Assembly: GCF_009914755.1 (NCBI RefSeq) | Contig: NC_060939.1 | Reading direction: 5' to 3' (one strand) | Length of the DNA stretch: 64,000 nt | From: the human T2T-CHM13v2.0 reference genome, Homo sapiens | In this document: positions 62,004-64,000 of the stretch, piece by piece | Layout of the letters: every line of letters starts with the position of its first letter | How positions within the stretch are numbered: position 1 is the first letter of the stretch | Position numbers and translations under genes: made by a program | Notes under the pieces: model-generated | What the model saw: the letters and a program-made list of their open reading frames with translations, nothing else | Database searches by the model: none | What the model was told of the DNA's origin: nothing

Positions 62004-62711
62004 CTACAAAGGTAGTACTGCCATATACCAACTAAGAAGAGATAGCTCCAAGACTAATTTGTTGACTAACATCCATATTTTCAAAGCAGTTTGAAAAGAG
62101 CTAATTTGTTTAACAAATTAATATCCGTTTGTTAGCAGTCAGTAATTAGGAAAAACAGAAATCGAAAGAGAGAAGCCTTGTCTTCCTATGGGCTGGCTGG
62201 CACTTACATTTGGAAAAATTGTCCAGGAAAACCAAGAACTCTACTACCTTAGCCTCTTCTTTTCTATACACGCTTTTCTAGCTTTGGTCTAGACGCTAGC
62301 TCCATGGAACACTATAGCACACCAAGAAATTTGAAGGGACTAATGAGGGACGAACCCAAAGTCAAGCTTGTGTAAGACTGTTTGAACTGGATAGGCCCCA
62401 AATGCAATAGAATCTCAGAGCTATGTCACTCATCAAGGAGCTGGATCAGGTATGGAGTTGGGTGTATTTGGGGACCCATACAAAGGTATTATTTATTTCT
62501 AGGATCCAGAAGACCTTCTTGGAGGTCACTGAAACTCTGAGCATCACTTTTCTCCCTTCAAATGTTTATTGAACACCTACTTTGTGTCAGGCACTGAGAT
62601 AGGAGTTCTACGTAGACCGTCTGTAATCTATGACTGACTTGTTCATCTTTTTGTTCTCAGGACCTAGTACAGGACCTGGCACATAGTAGGTGGCTCAATA
62701 ATAGAAGTCAT

Positions 62712-62736
62712 TATCATCATCATCATCATCATCATC
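62712..62736 (+). repeat. (ATC)n short tandem repeat after L2/MIR 3'-like sequence
   Basis: tatcatcatcatcatcatcatcatca. Confidence 0.9.
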
Positions 62737-64000
62737 ACTTTTGTTACTGGTATATAGGTTCATTGGTGACATAGAGATGAACATTTTCAGAGGTGTGTTC
62801 CTGTAAGATTGGTGGAACCCATAAGTCCTGGTCCTGGAAGCTGTCAGCCACCAAAGTGATGGTTTGCAGGGGAGTGGGACAGAATGACTGCTTCAACAGG
62901 GCTTCCTCTCACACAATTCACCACGCACATGATAAGTTCCCATGAGGCTAGAAGGGGTTAACCCATTAGTGGTTAGAAAAATCATTTTTGTATTCCTCAT
63001 CAGAAATCTACAGGGTGAACTTTTCAAAGAGGCTTGCATATTCCACACGAATTGCTTCTAAGTCAAACTACAAAAAGAGACTTAATGAGATTGTTTTAAC
63101 CATGACATCTTTGAGCGCCTCTGTGCAAGGCAATACTTTAGGCGACTCATATTCATCAACACGCTTAAAGCTCATCTAGTCCTCTCGTGGCATTATTGAC
63201 TTCATGTCCCATTTTAGACATGAAGAAACTAAGTCTCAGACAACCAGGAGGACAGGGAGCCTAGGGTGACACCTGCCAAGCCTTACAAGAAGTCCTCCTT
63301 CAAGAAAAGCAGAGAGCTAGGAAAAGTCTAGAGAAGGGCATTGGAGTGAGGGAGGAGACAGGGAGTTTGCTGGCCTAAATCTTAGGACCTTCAGTCTGGG
63401 AAGATGGAGAACAAAAGGCAGAACTATCAAAGGCTGTGAAATCACAATGAATAGGGAGATCATAAACATGATTTTGTTCACAAAAAGATATGTTAGACAT
63501 GAGAAATGTGAGAAGTGAAGAGTGCTAAAGGACTGCATGCAATTACCTACGAGAATAAAAAGAAAAAGATGAAGCCCAAAGTCAAGATATAGAGATAGGC
63601 CAAGAAGAAGGCATTCCTACGAGACATGTTTTTATTGATTCCCTACTAAGTTTCTAGCTTCATGCTAAGATCTTTCTCATATATGATCTCATTTGATCTT
63701 GTAACAGCCCCTCGGAGAGGGTATTAAGTTTCACATAACTGCTCTAATGCTTGGCAATTTAAATTCAGTGCTTGTGACTGTGTTCTATGTTTTGAGTAGC
63801 CAGACTGTTTTCAAGTTTTCATGATGTCTTCAAATTCATAGTCACAGTTGCTCAGTCGTTGTGTTTACCTGTTTCTCTTTTCCCATTTCACTCTGTTGTT
63901 AAATTGGGAGTAACTCTGCCATTTGAACAAGTGTGCTCACTCAGACTCTTTCTTCTCCTTTCTAATGAACCCTCCATTAGTCTCCTCATCTTGCAGAAAT

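Noticed and set aside
62102-62120. taatttgtt-t-aacaaatta inverted repeat, plus short tandem duplications at 19146-19167 and 25963-25982
   Set aside because: Very AT-rich or short; within chance or ordinary slippage expectation.
63945-64000. Apparent splice acceptor (pyrimidine tract, ctaat, ttgcag)
   Set aside because: There is an intervening AG at 63979-63980, and agtctcctcatcttgcagaaat resembles the MIR core (agtttcctcatctgtaaaat).

Overview
Primate (very likely human) non-coding genomic DNA. It is AT-rich, CpG-depleted and mostly transposable-element derived. I see no recognisable cellular exon, RNA gene, CpG island or CRISPR-like array. Essentially every recognisable ORF in the supplied track is a LINE-1 ORF1/ORF2 fragment, Alu-derived or a chance ORF. 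Main contents: a full-length but dead L1PA6-like element with an 18-bp TSD (7162-13302); a 5-kb antisense L1PB-like element lacking its 3' end (38556-43663); older L1M, L2, L3 and MIR remnants; 19 Alu copies or fragments; four ERV1 solo LTRs with intact 4-bp TSDs (MER39, MER57A, MER50, MER4B-like); MaLR LTRs (THE1D, several MLT1); MER21 and MLT2A fragments; and hAT DNA transposons. Subfamily names come from recalled consensus sequences, not a database search. I found no evidence for a new gene system. The most interesting signals are fossil DNA-repair/template-switch scars. Two insertions (14750-14786, 17801-17875) each combine a copy of sequence lying about 2 kb upstream (for the first, after removing the intervening L1PA) with a fold-back copy of the downstream flank. 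There are also perfect palindromes, apparent deletion junctions, nested insertions whose order can be read, and two motif-dense unique blocks that are candidate enhancers.
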